64,000 nt of DNA from Entomortierella parvispora E1425. Taxonomy: Eukaryota; Fungi; Mortierellomycota. Location of the stretch: NCBI GenBank assembly GCA_020891255.1, contig BQFW01000001.1, positions 1,488,001 through 1,552,000 on the forward strand, written 5' to 3'. The notes below the pieces were generated by a model. That model was not told where the DNA came from, did not search any database, and was given only the letters and a program-made list of their open reading frames with translations. The position numbers and the translations under genes are program-made. Below are positions 62,426 through 64,000 of the stretch, piece by piece (position 1 is the stretch's first letter; every line of letters starts with the position of its first letter).

Positions 62426-64000
62426 ATGCCGTCGACACCATCGAGGCCTCTCTCGAACCAGCTCATCATCAACACCCATAATCTCTCTCAAGCTCATAAT
62501 CGTGGCTCTCCTCGATCCGCCAGCGCCGGCAGTGGCGCTCATGTCTTTAAGGATTCGATGAGACCCCCTATCGAAAAAAGACAATCCTATGGACCCTCAA
62601 ACCTGGGACCGAATGCACATGGTCAACACAACCTGGGAAACGGGAATGGATTCGCTCCTTCACCAAAAACAGGAGGCCCCGGTCACCATCCCAATGGCGG
62701 CTTTCATTTCGGTCATCCTCAACGGTCTCGCCAGAGCTTGGCCCTGACGCTGTTGCGAGTCCTAGCAGGCGTGCCTGGCTTCCTTGGGTTGATGTACAGT
62801 CTCAATGTTGCCTGGGAAAACAAAGTTGATGGATTTCAACGCCCAAGGCGCGCAGGGGATGCTTTGGATGGTACAAGCAATGACCTTCCACTGACGAGAT
62901 CAGACTTTTGGGTCGCATCCATGTAAGCACAGCTGAACTACTGCATGATTGCATGATTGCATGATTGCATGATTGCATGATTGCATGATTGCATGATTGC
63001 ATGATTGCATGATTGCATGATTGCATGATTGCACCCACGACACCATTAGACATTGGCGCTCACCCACGTTTTGTTTATTCTGCTGTTATCTTAGGTGGGC
63101 AAGTAGACAACGCATGCTCTCTGCTGAAGCAGTCCTTCAAAGGCCGCAAACCGGGGACAGACAAAGGTGCTAACGACGTTCTCATCCCCCATTTCTATTT
63201 CTGTCTCGTGTATCAAAATAGTGCGCTCTTTCGGCCTACTGGGCTTTCTTGCTTACAACGGCATTGATACAGCGCTTGTTGCAATCATACCGTCCTCCTA
63301 ATGTTGTCCTTAGGATCGTGCTTTCGCATCTTGCAAGCTGGATCTGTATCGGTGTCATCATCCAGTCCAGACCAGCAACAGAACCAACCCGCCCCTGGGT
63401 CATTATCACCTTTCTTCAAGCCTTGCTCATCTTCGCCATCGTTTACTTACCATGGCTGAGGTCCTATATGCAGGCTGCTGGATTCCCTCAGTTGTCTGAG
63501 AAGCTCGTCAGTCACCCGTTGGAGGATGGATTTATGGGCAGAGAGATAGGAGGACGGTCGGCAACGAGGTACTTGGTCTTGCCTTTCATCATGGTAGGAC
63601 TTTGCTCATGGATGTTGATTATTACTCGTGGGCAGGCCGGTGGATTTGAAGGAAGGATGCCCCCATCTCAGGATGTTGTCTCTGGATCACCCTTATCAGG
63701 CTTCAGCGCCGAGGGCCTAACCCCGCCAACTGCCAGACTTCCGGGATCGCGCATTGTTATCTCTGTGATTGTCATGTCCTCGGCCACACCACAGGGTCGC
63801 GTCAACCGCCAATTATTCCGTGACACGACCCTGAAGCTCTTCCCCAGCCCTCGTAACCAAGCAGCAACGGTCCAATACCGCTTCGTGATCGGACACCCAC
63901 CTGAATCAGCAATGGCAGACATTCAGCGGGAACACGATTTGATGGACGACCTTTTGATGGTCGAGGATGCACCCGATACACCCGACGGCAAGAGTTTGAA
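62426..64000 (+). CDS. EOS1-like multi-TM domain fused to a GT31 (galactosyltransferase-like) domain; includes a 4-nt microexon; truncated by window edge
   Basis: Exons 62426-62922, 63095-63098 and 63222->64000 give ...DFWVASM|W|CALSAYWAFLLTTALIQRLL...VLRI (EOS1-like), then VIVMSSAT...RQLFRDT...VQYRFVIG...IQREHDLMDDLLMV...GKSL (GT31-like N-terminal motifs). Confidence 0.75.
62942..63029 (+). repeat. Perfect 8-bp microsatellite (TGCATGAT)x11 inside intron 1 of the EOS1-GT31 gene
   Basis: Eleven exact units counted directly. Confidence 0.98.

Overview
Intron-rich eukaryotic DNA, about 50% GC, from an early-diverging fungus, most likely Mortierellaceae. That call rests on Arm-like/NACHT/WD40 NLR-type genes, Crinkler-type genes and a kelch-TM protein recognised from memory, with no database search run. 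About 25 intact or apparently intact genes: an NLR-like gene cut by the left edge, sepiapterin reductase-like SDR, kelch-TM protein, alpha-arrestin, DUF2045/KIAA0930-like, two F-box proteins, VFA1, ACBD6-like, SIT4/PP6, a secreted His/Lys-repeat protein, PTPMT1-like phosphatase, OCIA-like protein, PAN3, trimethyllysine dioxygenase, DHA2 MFS, MRPL35, RPS16, a nuclease-less REX3-like protein, an aldo-keto reductase, PHO84, MSC7-like ALDH, GH5 exo-glucanase, a UDP-galactose transporter and an EOS1-like/GT31 fusion cut by the right edge. Five intergenic gaps hold decayed copies of immunity/effector-like genes (two NLR relics, two Crinkler relics, one secreted-protein pseudogene). Three observations stand out. 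(i) A 213-bp-offset tandem pair of structured, probably minus-strand RNAs (15.07-15.50 kb) carries two antisense elements to adjacent segments of 18S rRNA around the m1acp3-pseudouridine site. (ii) A 4-nt microexon with a GC donor follows eleven UGCAUG repeats in the EOS1-GT31 gene. (iii) That glycosyltransferase fusion sits directly beside a nucleotide-sugar transporter. No tRNA, rRNA, CRISPR array or intact transposon was seen. Exon boundaries were read by eye.
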